Assembly: GCA_016748015.1 (NCBI GenBank)
Contig: JAAOMT010000183.1
Span: forward strand, 62,001 to 126,000
DNA length: 64,000 nucleotides
Origin: Geosiphon pyriformis uo1
Lineage: Eukaryota > Fungi > Glomeromycota
Reading direction: 5' to 3'
In this document: one piece after another, positions 13,280-26,354 of the stretch
Layout: every line of letters begins with the position of its first letter
How positions within the stretch are numbered: the first letter of the stretch is position 1
Translations under genes and position numbers: made by a program
Notes under the pieces: model-generated
What the model was told of the DNA's origin: nothing
Seen by the model: only the letters and a program-made list of their open reading frames with translations
Databases searched by the model: none

Positions 13280-15600
13280 ATATATATTATATTATTTAAA
13301 AACTTAATAAATAAATCATATTATATATACAATATAGAATTATTATTATTAATTAATTTATTCATTTTTATAGTTATTTTAAATTTAAATCATATTTTAT
13401 CTTAATGTTTAATACAAATTAGTATTATTTTAATTTAAAAATTTAATAAAAATTATAAATTATTTAATTATAAAATAGTATAGTAATAATTTTAAAAAAA
13501 TAATAATTAATATAATAATAATTATTAAATAATATTAGCAGCAAATACAATCTTATAATATTATAGTATAATAATAATAAATATTATAGTAAAATATTAT
13601 AATAAGTTTTTTTATAAAATTACAAATATATATATACAATAATTTTAATATTAAAAAAAATCATTATATTAATTGTTTTTTAGTATTTACTTTTAATAAA
13701 AACATTTAAATAAACTTTTTAATCAAGTAAAAAAAATTAAAAACCATATTAAAAACTAAATTATAATAATAAAAGTATTAGTAATATTACTTAAATTATT
13801 AATTAAATAAAACTATTATTTATTAATTAAATTTTTTAAAAAAATAATTCTTGATTAAAATTATTCATATTGTTTATTAATTAATAAGAAACTTTATTGT
13901 AAAATTAAAAAAAAGTATTAAAAAACCATTAATATTTTATGTTTTTAAAGTAGAAAAATATTTTAAAAAACTGCAAAAATAGTTTTAAAAAAGATTTTAC
14001 TAACAACAAATAAAATTTAAATTAGTTTTTTAAAAAAAATATATAAATATATACAACAATTAAAATTTAAAAAATAACTTATATTATAATATTAACAAAA
14101 AAGTATTTAGTATCATATTATTATTATTATAATACAAATAAAATTAAAAAACTTATAAAAGACTGATTTTAGTTTAATCATAATTAATATATTAAAAAAA
14201 CAATTTTGTAATAATACACAAAAATTATTAATTTTAAGACTGTTTTTTTAGTATTTTTAAAATTAAAACAGCTTTCATATATCAACTTCTAAATATTATA
14301 TTTTTACAAAAAATAATATATAGAGTATTATTATACTTACATAAAAATAAAATATAAACATTTATTAAAAAATTTTAAAATTTAACACATTTTAATAATA
14401 GTTTTTTATGCATATTAAAATCTTTTTTACATGTAAAAATGTGATCAAAAAATTATTTTTGTGTAATATAAATACTAAATACTAAATTAAAATTAATTAT
14501 AAAGTTATTTTTTAATTATTATAAAAAGTTATTTATATATTTTATAATATAAATATATAAACTGATTAAAAATTTACTTATAAAACCAAATAATATGTGT
14601 GAATTAAAATACCAAAACATTAATATGCAAACTTAATTCATATTTCTAAATAAAATCTTATTAACTATTTTTATATTAAATTTAGTTTTCTATTAAATAC
14701 AATAAATAATATATAAATATTATATACAAAATAATAAATATTATTAAAAATTACAATATTATTTATTAAAATACACTATTTTTAAATAAAGACAAAAAGA
14801 AAAAGAGAAAAAAAAACAGTTATATTAATAAATGTAATTATTTAATTATTATTTTTATTGTTTAAATAATTTTTAACTTTTTATTAAATTAACTATATAT
14901 TATTATTTTTTTAGCAGTAATTACAAAAATTAATGAAAACCAAATTAAGTTTAAAAATATAAACATTCAAAATTATTTAACTATTTAAATAAATTATTAT
15001 TTTAAAAATTAAAACACATTTAAGAATTAATATAATAATTTGTAATTTAATTAATATTAAAAAAATCAAATTATAAATTTTGATATTAATACTCAAATCG
15101 AAATTTGAAAAAAAAGTTATTATTTTACATATAATTTTAAATAAACTCAGGTTTTTTAAAATAATTATTATTTATAATTAAATTAAAAAGATTTTATTAA
15201 ATTAAAATATTTAAAAAAACAATAAAAGTTATCAAGTTTTTTAAAATTTTAATAAAATTAATATTCATTATTATATTATTAATTTTTAATTCTATTTGTT
15301 TTTGTTTTTAATTTTAAAATTTTTAATTAATAAATAATTTTTAAAATTTTTAAACTCAATTTTTTAATATTAAATTTACTTATTTAAATGAATTAAATTA
15401 TTACTTATTATTAATATTTCTTTTGAAAAATTTGTTTAAATTAATTAATTTTTTATATATTTATATATAATTTAATTAATACATGATTGTTTTATTTATA
15501 AAAATAAAAATAAAATTATGAATAATATTTAATAATATATTCGTTTTAAATTTAATAATATTAAAATTACAAATTCAGATGTAAATAATTAAATTTTGTT
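13280..15600. other. Extremely AT-rich tract, likely decayed TE relics
   Basis: G/C nearly absent, no ORFs. Confidence 0.5.
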
Positions 15601-16139
15601 TTTTTTACTTAAAATTATTCATCTATAATTTAGGAAAAATCCATGAACATTATACAACTGTTGTGAAAAAACACATTTAGCTTCCTATTTACTATTTAAA
15701 ATGTCCAAAAGTATACAACTTCTTAGACAAGATAATCGTCCATTTTTTTCATTCGCTACGAAGTTTATTGAGACTTAAACAAGGTTAATTAACAGTTGAA
15801 GGGTCTTGATGGATCAGCTCATAGCCCAAGTATTCTGGAATGAAGCAATCTGAGAACATGATTTTTTGTGAATTGTGTTTTTAAACAAAAAACCTTAAAT
15901 CATCATGAGTGATGGCTGTATCAAAGAAGTCTTGATATATAGATGATACTTACATTTGTGTTCAAATGGTGTTTGAGCTTCTGAATTTACTTGATTTAGA
16001 TTCAGTGACAGGCTGCACGAGCTAATATTATATTGACGTAGTATGGGTTTCATATTTACACACAACACGTTTTTAATAATTATTGTAGGTATAGTCCATC
16101 TCTATCCTGCAGGTTTTTTGCAATCGAAATTTGGACGAA

Positions 16140-17722
16140 TTAGTTTGTCTTATCTGTTTGAGTGGCGGTAACCGTGATGTCTCTGGGGCTAGAGTATGGT
16201 TTATTAAATAACAAGTTCTTGAGAACTTGAGAAATCAAACCATGAGCAGCCTCAACTGTTATTTTTGTGCTTTGATCATATTATCAATTAGAAATTATAG
16301 AAAATGATCAGATCAATCAAATCCAAAAGAAAGAGCTCAGGGAGGATTGATTAAACAGTAAAATAAATACCTGTCTCTTGTTACTTTACTTAGTGGACTT
16401 TCATCTGCTTTTTTCTTCTCTTGATTTGTAGTAGTATTTGTAGTTGGTGCACCAGAATTACTGGTACTTGAAATACCTAACGAAGCTGTGGCAGAGCCGG
16501 CAGGGACAGTAGCAGGCTGCGATGACGTAGGTGGGGGTGCGCGACTACCACTACTGCTGCTCATAAAGCCAGATATCCTCCCGCTTTGCTGCAATTGTAT
16601 TTCTGTTTGTTCAAGCTTTTCGGCAAGATCCTTAATTTGTCGCGCTGCATATTCACGATTCTATATGACATAAAGAGTTAAATTAAAAATAAATTTGCAA
16701 CTTGAAATAAGGAAGAGGTATTCACCGTGATGAGAGGCGATTGCGATAATGTGTTAACCCAATATTTATTCCAAAGTAGTTCCAATAAATGGGTATCAAG
16801 AGTCGATTTAAAATGCGAAATTTCAAGTTGGTAATACCTATTTATTGATAAAAATTAATATCACAATTTTAAAACAAGGTCATAAAAAAATAGAATGTGG
16901 TCAAAAATAATCTCACTGTTTGCAATGAACACCGAAGTCTTCAATTTTACTCAAGGGGATAGTTTGATATTCTGAAGGGCCCTCATCGGGAGCTTTATAT
17001 CCCTAATAAGGGAAATTTTCTGGCATGATCAAAATCATGTTAAGGGTATTATTATGGAATTGATAAATGATACTTACCGCGGGGAAAGTTCTAAATGCAC
17101 CAATCTCTACCTTTCCAGCTGAAATTGTTCGATTGGGATCAATCTGTTACATTAAATTGGATAAACTGGTCACTTTTTGACAGAAAATTAAATTTATAGA
17201 ATCAATTAGAATGTAGTATACCACAATTGCTACAAAAGGATCCTGGTATTGCTGATTTGTCATTTGGGTGGTAACATCAATTCCAGAAAGCCAACAGCCA
17301 TAGCCTGGATGGCTGTGATACCAACCGACGGCGTTCTCTAATCTCCCGACTTGCCTAATCAAAGTCAGATATTGAACCATGTATTCATAACCTTGCTCCT
17401 GGGCGTTCACGCGTGTTTCAGTACCCTCAACCGGCAATGCGTATGCGTCCATGATTATCAGGGTTCTACCGTTAATTTTCCCTTGCATGAGACCCATGAC
17501 CTCAATGCTACCTCCGGATCGAGCGTGCATGACCATCTTGATTAAAGCAACAGCTGATATTCTCACTTTATCAAAGTAATGAGGATCTTTGGACCAAGGT
17601 TTTGTAGAGAGTATTGAAGTCTGCTCTGCATTGTTAAAGTGATAAATCTGATCTTGGGCAGGATCAACTTCAACAATGTTGTTTGCAAGCTCAAAAGTCT
17701 TGCGAGCGTTCTCGGTATCCAT
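16140..17722 (-). CDS. CSN5: COP9 signalosome subunit 5 (JAMM deneddylase)
   Basis: [32 protein letters not shown] motif [17 protein letters not shown], and downstream exons with [28 protein letters not shown] and [15 protein letters not shown]. Final exon ends ...QTDKTN-stop at 16140. Confidence 0.96.
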
Positions 17723-18229
17723 CAGAATTATTGAAATATTGAGAATGAATCAACATTCCTATTTATTGTCACGACTCACATGATCGAAATGATTTTTAAC
17801 ACAAAAGTGGGTTTTCAATAAAATAATAAATCAAAAATTGTTTAAACATTAACAATAAAATAAATAAATAAGTATATGCTAATTAGTAATCTGAATTGTA
17901 AATTATTAATACAAAATATTATTGCTAATTATAATAATTTTTATTAATTTATTAAATCAATTATAGTGGTTTCTTTATAAGTACATGTTCTTAAAAAAAA
18001 TATTTACTTAAAAAATAGCCAATAAAAAATAGATATTCTTTTATTAAGTTAATTAATTATATATATTATAAAATTTTTATTTGAATTTATATTATATAAT
18101 TGCTTATAATATCTTTTAATTCCATTATTTTTCATATTTTTCAAATTAAGACAAGTAATAAGTTTATGAATTTTCATTTTTATTATGAATTAAAACAGAT
18201 TTTACAAGCTTAATTCTATTAATAACCAA

Positions 18230-18960
18230 TTTTTTTTATGTTTTTTGATTATTTTAAGACTTTTTATCTTAAATATATAATTATATACAATTTTTACATA
18301 AAAACAATTTAAGAAAACAATACAATTTTGTTTTATTTTTTTATAAAAACCACTTTATATAAAAATTTTAGTTTATTTATTTAAATATTATGCAATTTTA
18401 GCTGTAATTTATATATTTTTAGGCTTTTATATATATTAATTTAAGCTTTAATGTTATTTTTAAAAAAAAAATTATTTTAAATATATATAATTATAAACAA
18501 TTTTTACATAAAATATTTAAAAAAACTAATACAAACTTATTTTAAAATTGTATAATAATTAAAATATTGATTGTATTATATTAAAAAAACAAATTAAAAT
18601 TTTATATAAAATAATTTTTGTAAAAATATAAAACAAATTTGTATTGTTTTCTTGAATAACTTTTATATAAAATTGTTTATAATTATATATTTAAAAAAGA
18701 ATTTTTTTAAAAATACTAAAACTTAAATTAATAAGATTTAAAAAAATATAATATTTAAAATATTAGTTATATTATGCCAAAAAAATAAAATAAATTTTTA
18801 CATAATATAATTTTATATTGTTTCTTAAATAATTTTCATGTAAAATTATTTATAATTAGATATTTAAGAAAAAAGTTTTAAAAATAATATTAAAACTTAA
18901 ATTAGCAAAATATAAATAATAATTAAAATTACATAATATTTAAAATATTAATTATATTAT
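18230..18960. repeat. AT-rich foldback-like array: two direct units followed by two inverted units
   Basis: 18271-18385 matches the reverse complement of 18581-18692; 18435-18545 matches the reverse complement of 18811-18910. All four share the core aaatatataattataaacaattttt.cat.aaa...tttaagaaaacaata. Confidence 0.7.
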
Positions 18961-20395
18961 ATATATAAAAACTGAGTTTTTATTTATATGTTTTAAATTT
19001 TGTTAATTTAAACTTTAATATTATTTTTACATAAAATTTTTTAAAAATTTGCTTTTTTTATTTTAAATTAAATAAAAAATAATTGAAACTTCTTTTTTTT
19101 TTATGTCCCAAATTCCTGAAAGAGAGTCTTTTTTGTTGAGAGAAGTTTTTTTTACTGTCTTTACTTTTTATCACTATTCAGTTAGACACTTCATAATCTT
19201 TTCTGTTTAAATACAAGGCTGCTGTTGGTGGTGGCATTTCTGTTATGAAGAAAGTTAAGAAGAAGTTGCTGTCTGGTTCTGCTATGGTTGACTTTTCTTC
19301 TAGAAAGAAACGCAAGAGTGATTTATTAGTAGAACTCATCAAGATGGTTGATATTGCTGCTAGTGGTGCCTCTGGTGGTACAGCTGAGAGTGTGAGTGGG
19401 GATACTACTGAGTCCAAAAGTGTTGATATGGAAGAGAAGTATTTAGTAGAAAAAACCAGCTTCCAGCAAAAAAGTGAGGGAGAGTCTGGTGGTAATAATA
19501 CTGAAATGATGCCCAAAAGTCCCAAAAAAATTGTTACCAAGTGTACTCTTGGAAAATTTCTTAGCACTATTAACTTTGACATGGAAAATGATGATGATAA
19601 TGATATTTTGGATGGATCACTCTTTCTCTCTCTCCCTTTCTCTTTCAAACATATGGTGCAGGTCTCAGTTAGGAAATCTTTTGCTCTGAATATTGATCTT
19701 GGAGTAGTGGCTGGCAAGTTGTCTCAGAAAAAATTAGCCTATATTAGAAAAATTTTCTCTGGTGTAAATAGTTTTGGGGGGTCTCTGCCCTCTCAAAATT
19801 TGGTGAAATCATTTGGATTTTTTTTACTTCTGATAAGGCAATGATGGCTACAGCAAAATTGGCAAATGATCATGGTGTTGTGGTAAACACTGATTTCAAG
19901 TGTCCTATCAACAACTGTATAAATCAGACAATTGTGCTAAAGAAAATTCTAGTAGGAACATCTGTTAAGACTGTGTGAACTGTGATATCTGAATTTGAAA
20001 AGATTAAGGCAATCAAAATGCAATTGGTGAGTTTGTGGCAGAAAACGATCATCGAGTTAAATAATCAGAATTAAGCTGATTTTTTGGCTTCTAAGTAGTC
20101 TATTCTTATCAGGAAAGATGCAGTGCATGTGGCCAGGACTGATGTTGACAAACAAATGTGGAATGCCAGGAATATTTACAGAGCATTGCTTTATACTCTC
20201 CTTGTGAGAATAACTGCTCATGACCTGTGGGAATTCATTGGTTTTATGGGTGAAAAAACCTGTGTCATCAATCACAATCCAATCAATTATACTTGTGCTT
20301 GTTATGCCATAGTGTGTTTCAAATCTGAGTTAAATTTGGCTAATGTAATTGCTACAACACCTGTTATAAAAAGAGTTGGTCTCTATTGGTCTCGC

Positions 20396-21232
20396 TGTTA
20401 CAGATGATTTTTTCTACTATGGAGTTGAATAACAAATCCATAACTTGGTGCTCAAAAGCTATCTCTGTTGATAATGTTCTGAAGTGTTGTATCTGAAGGT
20501 TTTGATGGAGTTCTTTGTATAATAAACAGAGATTCAATAAGGGTTTTATCCATAGCTTTCCAGACTCACAAGTCTGTCAATTTTTTTCTCGGCTTGGTGG
20601 CTGGTAATTCTTTGGTAAGTAATCTGTATTTTTTGTACATGTCCTACCCACTTGCAGAAGTCTTTTACCAGGCAATCCTTGACGTTAGTAATCAGCGCTT
20701 TTAATCAATTGGTTAATGCACAATAACAAAATCAAAGAAAATAAAAAAAATAAAGAAATATAAAGAAAAAAGCCAAGGTGATTTGCAAATTTAGTATTCC
20801 GTCAATATCTGTGATCAAGAGCTATTGTTCCAGTGTAGTTAAGTATTAATTACTATCAACATAGAGTGTTAATAGTGAGGAGTGGATTGAGATATGAAAT
20901 AATTATTTATTTGATGATTGTGTTTCTGAGCTAAGGATTCTGTCGTATCGATTCTGTCTTTTCTGTTTCTAATGCTACTGCTATATATACATAATTGAGA
21001 TTTCTTAATTCCTTGATTCTTCATGACAGAAATCCTAGAATTCCTGGAATCCTGTGATTCCTTTGAGAGGAATCCTGGAATTCTGGAATCCTGTAATTCC
21101 TTATTGGGGAATCCTGAAATTCCTGGAATCTTGCAATTCCTGAAAGGAATCTTAGAATTCCATATTTACTACGCCTACTTTTGATTGGCTAATAATCATG
21201 CTAATATATTTCCTATATTTCTATGAGTAATA
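20396..21232 (-). repeat. 3' LTR of Gypsy 1
   Basis: TGTTA...TAA(T)A termini; PPT attaaaaagagggaataa adjacent on the minus strand (21233-21250); ggaatcctggaattcctgg tandem motifs in U3 (~21010-21160). Confidence 0.95.
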
Positions 21233-21249
21233 TTATTCCCTCTTTTTAA

Positions 21250-22258
21250 TATTGAGCTCCGTCAAAATTCAACTCATTTAATTCCCCCTCTTGAAGTATT
21301 TTCTGGATTTTGTTTTCGAGAATTACTTGTGTTATTTGGGTCTGTAATTCTTCAAATTGAGCATTGGTGATTTTTCCCAATTGATTACTGGTAACCATAT
21401 CCATTGCTTTGTTGAGCAATATTTCTGGTCCATCTTAAAATGCTGTGTGTATTCGGTATATGGCTCGGGCCTGTGTAGATAAGTTGTTCCTTCTCACAAA
21501 ATGTTCTAATTGTTGTAGTATTCTTTTGTCAAATAATTGCTTTGTTTTATCTGTATATAGATTCTGGATATTTACATGTTGTCCCAAGTAAAAATAACAA
21601 TAGTTTCGTGAAAATTGTTGTATCTACCAATTCCAAGTTTCTTTAGTCAATTCTTAATATAGTGACTCTTTTGTCGGCTCTTTTATTGCTAATTTTACTT
21701 TCGCAATAATTTTGTCCACAGTATTTTTAGTTTTCTTCTGTGTTCTGAGTTGAAATGTCTTTTTAGTATCTTGATATTGAATGGTTTGTTGATTGATTGT
21801 AATTTCCATTTCCTGATGTTGGATTAATTGAAAGAGTTGTTGTGCTAGTGAGTGAATGTTGTCTGTAATTTCCNNNNNNNNNNNNNNNNNNNNTGTTGTA
21901 GTATTCTTTTGTCAAATAATTGCTTTGTTTTATCTGTATATAGATTCTGGATATTTACATGTTGTCCCAAGTAAAAATAACAATAGTTTCGTGAAAATTG
22001 TTGTATCTACCAATTCCAAGTTTCTTTAGTCAATTCTTAATATAGTGACTCTTTTGTCGGCTCTTTTATTGCTAATTTTACTTTCGCAATAATTTTGTCC
22101 ACAGTATTTTTAGTTTTCTTCTGTGTTCTGAGTTGAAATGTCTTTTTAGTATCTTGATATTGAATGGTTTGTTGATTGATTGTAATTTCCATTTCCTGAT
22201 GTTGGATTAATTGAAAGAGTTGTTGTGCTAGTGAGTGAATGTTGTCTGTAATTTCCAT
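21250..22258 (-). pseudogene. Extra 3' ORF of Gypsy 1, unknown function (span includes an assembly duplication)
   Basis: MEITDNIHSLAQQLFQ...RNYCYFYLG...ARAIYRIHTAF...NQLGKITNAQFEELQ, homologous to 41360-41988. Confidence 0.7.
21874..21893. other. Assembly gap (20 N) flanked by an exact 363-bp duplication
   Basis: 21511-21873 appears identical to 21894-22256. Confidence 0.95.
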
Positions 22259-22453
22259 TTTTCTGATATTTCCTGTTACGTTTACCATGTTTTTATATAT
22301 TTTTTTGATAGATTAATTTAACATGTTGTTGTTGATAATAACAATTGGTTCCAAATCTCGTGGAATCTCATTTGGTTGAACTAGTATTTTCTGTACTCCT
22401 AATTGTGAAATATTACTGGTAGATAGTAGTGTAATGTTGTGATATGGTTTCAG

Positions 22454-23695
22454 TTAATCTTCATGTGCTGCTTTGGTTAAAATTTTGTTATCCAATCTTA
22501 ATTTGTAAGCTCCATTTCCTAGAATTTCTTCTATGTGAAATAGTCCATCCCATTTGGGGTCAAATTTTCCACTCCATTGTTTTTCCACTTTGGTACGATG
22601 TAGTAATACTTTGTTTCCAATCTTGAATTCAACTGGTTTGTCTGGTAGTTGACTATTGTGTCTTTCTTTCTGTTTTTCTTGTGATTTTTGAATATTATCA
22701 GCTGCTCTTTTTCGTTTGTTTTCCAATGTTTCTATTAAGTCATATGTTCTTCTCAGCAATGTTTCTTGAAAATTTTTTTTTGTTATTGGTTCAGCTGGAT
22801 ATGTATTAATTTCTTTCTCTACTGGTAACATTGCTGTTCTCCCATACACTAATTCAAATGGTGTTGCTTGTGTAGTATCTTGTTTCATTGTTCGATAAGC
22901 AAATAGTACTGATGATATGAACAAATCCCAATCGTTCTGGTTTTTTTGGCTGAGCTTTGCTATTGCTTCACACAATGTTCTGTTGAATCTTTCTACTAAT
23001 CCATTGGTTTGTGGGTGGTATGGTGATGATAATGGTCTTTTGATTCCGAATCTTTGGCTCAATTCTGTTAATGTTCTGTTCACAAAATGAGTTCTTTGGT
23101 CTGATAATAATTCTTTTGGACATCTATGTTGACAAATCAAATCCTGATAAATAAATTTGGTGATGGATTCTGCATCCGTTCTTTGAATTGCTTTCACCTC
23201 TGGCCATTTAGTGAGATAATCCATAGCTACTGCTATGTATCTGTTTCCTTTGCTGGTGATTGTTAATGGTCTGACTAAATCAATTCCAATATGGTTGAAT
23301 AGTTGTCCCACTTTGATTGGTCTTAATGGTTCATTGGGTCTTGTTCCTTCTTTTCGCTGACAAGCATCACAATTTTGAACATATTGAATGATGTCTGAGT
23401 ACATTGATGGCCAATAGTATCTCTTTTTGGTTCTTTTCATGGTTGCTTTTTTGTGAAAATGTCCTGCTGTTAGATTTGAGTACATGTTGAATAATATTGT
23501 CTCTTTTTCTGGCTCTGTAATTACTCTGGTTGGTTGATCTGGATCCCTTCTATTTTTCCAATAAAGTATATTTTGGTGAGTGATAAAATATTTTGATTGT
23601 TGTTTAATATTCTTTCGTTTCATTTGAGATAAATTCTCCTTGAACTGTTGAGTGTTTATATAATGTTGCAATTGTTGATATTTTTGTATGTTCAT
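22454..23695 (-). CDS. Gypsy integrase as a stand-alone ORF (zinc-binding, rve core, GPF-like C-terminus)
   Basis: TAGHF...CDACQ, IGIDLV, LLSDQRTHF, SPYHPQTNGLVERFNRT, KWDGLF. Own ATG 62 nt after the RNase H stop. Confidence 0.9.
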   Translation of the reverse strand: MNIQKYQQLQHYINTQQFKENLSQMKRKNIKQQSKYFITHQNILYWKNRRDPDQPTRVITEPEKETILFNMYSNLTAGHFHKKATMKRTKKRYYWPSMYSDIIQYVQNCDACQRKEGTRPNEPLRPIKVGQLFNHIGIDLVRPLTITSKGNRYIAVAMDYLTKWPEVKAIQRTDAESITKFIYQDLICQHRCPKELLSDQRTHFVNRTLTELSQRFGIKRPLSSPYHPQTNGLVERFNRTLCEAIAKLSQKNQNDWDLFISSVLFAYRTMKQDTTQATPFELVYGRTAMLPVEKEINTYPAEPITKKNFQETLLRRTYDLIETLENKRKRAADNIQKSQEKQKERHNSQLPDKPVEFKIGNKVLLHRTKVEKQWSGKFDPKWDGLFHIEEILGNGAYKLRLDNKILTKAAHED

Positions 23696-24929
23696 TTTTT
23701 GTTGTATTTTTTGTTGGTATTGTTCTGGTTTTGTTATATTTTTGGGTTGAAATGTTCCTAGATTTGTCTCATTCGCAATAAACTGTCCGCATTTCTGTTG
23801 TCTTTTCCCTTTTTATAATGTATAGTATAATTATATAATATGAGTGCTATTTTCCATCTTGACTGTCTTCCATTTCCAAATTCTTGTTTTTGAAGTGATG
23901 TTAATCCTTTGTGATTTGTGTACACTTTAAACTTCTGACTCAAGTATTTTTTCCATTTCATGACTGCCCAGTATATTGCTAAGTGTTCTTGTTCTGGTGT
24001 TCCATAGTTCTTTTTGGTGGGTGTTAAACCTCTGCTGGCATATGCTACTGGATGTTCTCTGCCGTCTGGTCTTCTCTAAGATAGTACTGCTCTTAATGTT
24101 TGGCCAGATGCATTGGTGGTAATGATGAATAATTTGCTGTGATCTGGATAGATCAGTACTGGAGCTTGGATGAGCTTTCTTTTCAAAGTATCAAAAGCTT
24201 CTTGTTGACTTTCTGTCCATTCATATTTTGTATTTTTGTTTTGCAGTTGGTTGAGTGGCTGTGTTATCTTGGAGAAGTTTTTGATAAAATGTCGATAGTA
24301 GCTGGCAAATTCCAAGAATGATTTCAGTTCTGTCATATTGGTCAGCACTGAAAAGTTCTTTACTATCTCTATTTTCTTTGGATCTGTTTTGATGCCATTT
24401 TTGCTGACTATGTGTTCCAAGAATTTTAGTTTTGTCTTGCCAAAGAAGCACTTTGTTGCATTTAACTTTAGTCCTGTTCTTCTTAGTCTTTCGAACACTT
24501 GTTAAAGATGATGAAGATGATCATCAAATGTTTTTGAGAATACATTGGTGTCATCCAAGTATACAACTACTGATTTCCACAATAAGCCAGTATAAATGAT
24601 TTCCATTAGCCATTGAAAAGTTGCTGGGGTATTGGTTAAGCCGAATGGCATTACTTCAAATTCGAAATTCCCATCTTCTTTTTGTCGGCCGGATTCATGG
24701 CTACTTGCCAGTAACCACTATCCAAATCTAATGTTGAAAACCATTTGTTCCCACTGAAAGCATCAAATAATTCCTGTATTCGTGGAGTTGAATAACTGTC
24801 TTCACAAGTTACACCATTGAGTTTCCTGTAGTCTACACAAAATCAGATTTTTCTATTCTTCTTATGGACGAGTACTACTGATAACAACCATGGGCTTATT
24901 GATGGCTGAATTAGCCCATTGTCAAGCAT

Positions 24930-26354
24930 TCAGTTTATTTCTTGACAAATAATCTTGTGGCTGGCTGGTGGCACTCTGTATGCTTTTTGTTTAATTGGCA
25001 TTGCATCTCCAGTTTTGATCTGATGCTGGATGATATCAGTTCGGCCAAACTTATTTTCGCTGGCAAAGATGTCATTGAACTGGTTGAGCAACATCTTGAG
25101 TTGCCTATGTTGGAGTGGATCTAAGTTTCTTAGGTTTATTTGTTCCAATTGTTCTGGTTGGAGCAAATAACATTCACTTCGTTCGTATATTGTTTGTGAT
25201 GTGATATCAACATATCCACAAAGTTGTGGAAAGTCTGGAATGGGGTTTGGTGGTTGATCCTCTATTTCAGTGTTTAAGTATTCAATGATAGTTCTGGCTG
25301 GTATTACTATGACATTTCCTGTGTTGTTGTAGATAAGAATTTTGATGTGGCTGTAATCTTTGGCTGGTATGTGGAGATTGATGAGTCCAACTTTTCCTGA
25401 TTCACAAAGACTGGCTTCTGCTTCAAAAATTTGTGCTTGGTTTTTTTCTTTTCTTTCTATTGTTAGCATATACTGGTTATATGGTGGAATAGAAATAGCT
25501 TGACCAGTTGAGATAATTTCTCCTTGGCCAACAATTTCTTCCTTCGCCATATTAACTAGTATATCTATTCTACCCATTGATCCAAATCCTTGTATCCCTC
25601 TTGCTGTTATTCCTAATTCCTTTCTATTTCCCACTGATACTAATTGCACTATTTTCACTAGAGGCAGGAATATTTTCTGTGCTATCTTTTTGTTTGGCTT
25701 TATGATATAGGCCTTTTTAGAGTCGTTTTGTAGCATAGTAATGATATTTCCTACATATCCCGTGTCAATTATTTCTCCTCTGATATTTATCCCTCTTTTC
25801 GCTAAACTACTTCTGGATGCTAGTTGAATTATTGTTGTTGCTGGAATTTCTAAAGCTACTTTTAGATTAATACATGTGTATGAATATGGTTCCAATTTGA
25901 TGGCATTTTTTTCTGGATATCTCAGATCAAATTCTGCATTAGTATCATGCACGCGTTCTGGCATGATACCTTCCCTATTATCACTATACCATTTCAACTC
26001 TTGTTCCTTGAAGAGATCTGGTAATGCAATGTATTGTTCATAGTTTAAATCGGAGTTTGAATCTGAGTTTAAATTGTCTTTGTTGTTATTGTCATTTTGA
26101 ATGGAGCTGGAACCAGTGTTTTCATCATCATTGTCGGAGTCTGGATCGCGATTGATTGGTGATTCTGATTCTGATGCACAGCTGCTGATTGGTTCTTCTT
26201 CTTTAGGGATTGTGTAGATCATGCGTGGTGGTGGATTGTAAATGAGGTCATAATTGTCACAATATTCAAAGTCACTGGGAATTAAACAATGACAACACAG
26301 TTTTGTATTTAACTGTGTTAGCCATTGTTCTTGTTCTTCTCTAGTGGGTGCCAA
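24930..26354 (-). pseudogene. pol fragment: zinc-finger-like block, dUTPase, degenerate second dUTPase-like domain and RT start
   Basis: dUTPase motifs NAEFDL, LASRSSLA, GEIIDTGYVGNI, KIAQ and RGIQGFGSMG, then HQIKTGDAMPIKQKAYRVP typical of the Gypsy RT N-terminus. Confidence 0.88.

Noticed and set aside
19178-19717. 179-aa minus-strand ORF, and similar antisense ORFs across the TEs and genes
   Set aside because: Shadow frames of LINE/Gypsy or host coding sequence with no independent motifs.
21010-21160. Palindromic repeats resembling a CRISPR array
   Set aside because: No unique spacers, eukaryotic context, duplicated in both LTRs; these are U3 tandem motifs.
21511-22256. Apparent 363-bp tandem duplication in Gypsy 1
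   Set aside because: The copies look identical and flank a 20-N gap while all neighbouring repeats are mutated; this is an unmerged contig overlap.
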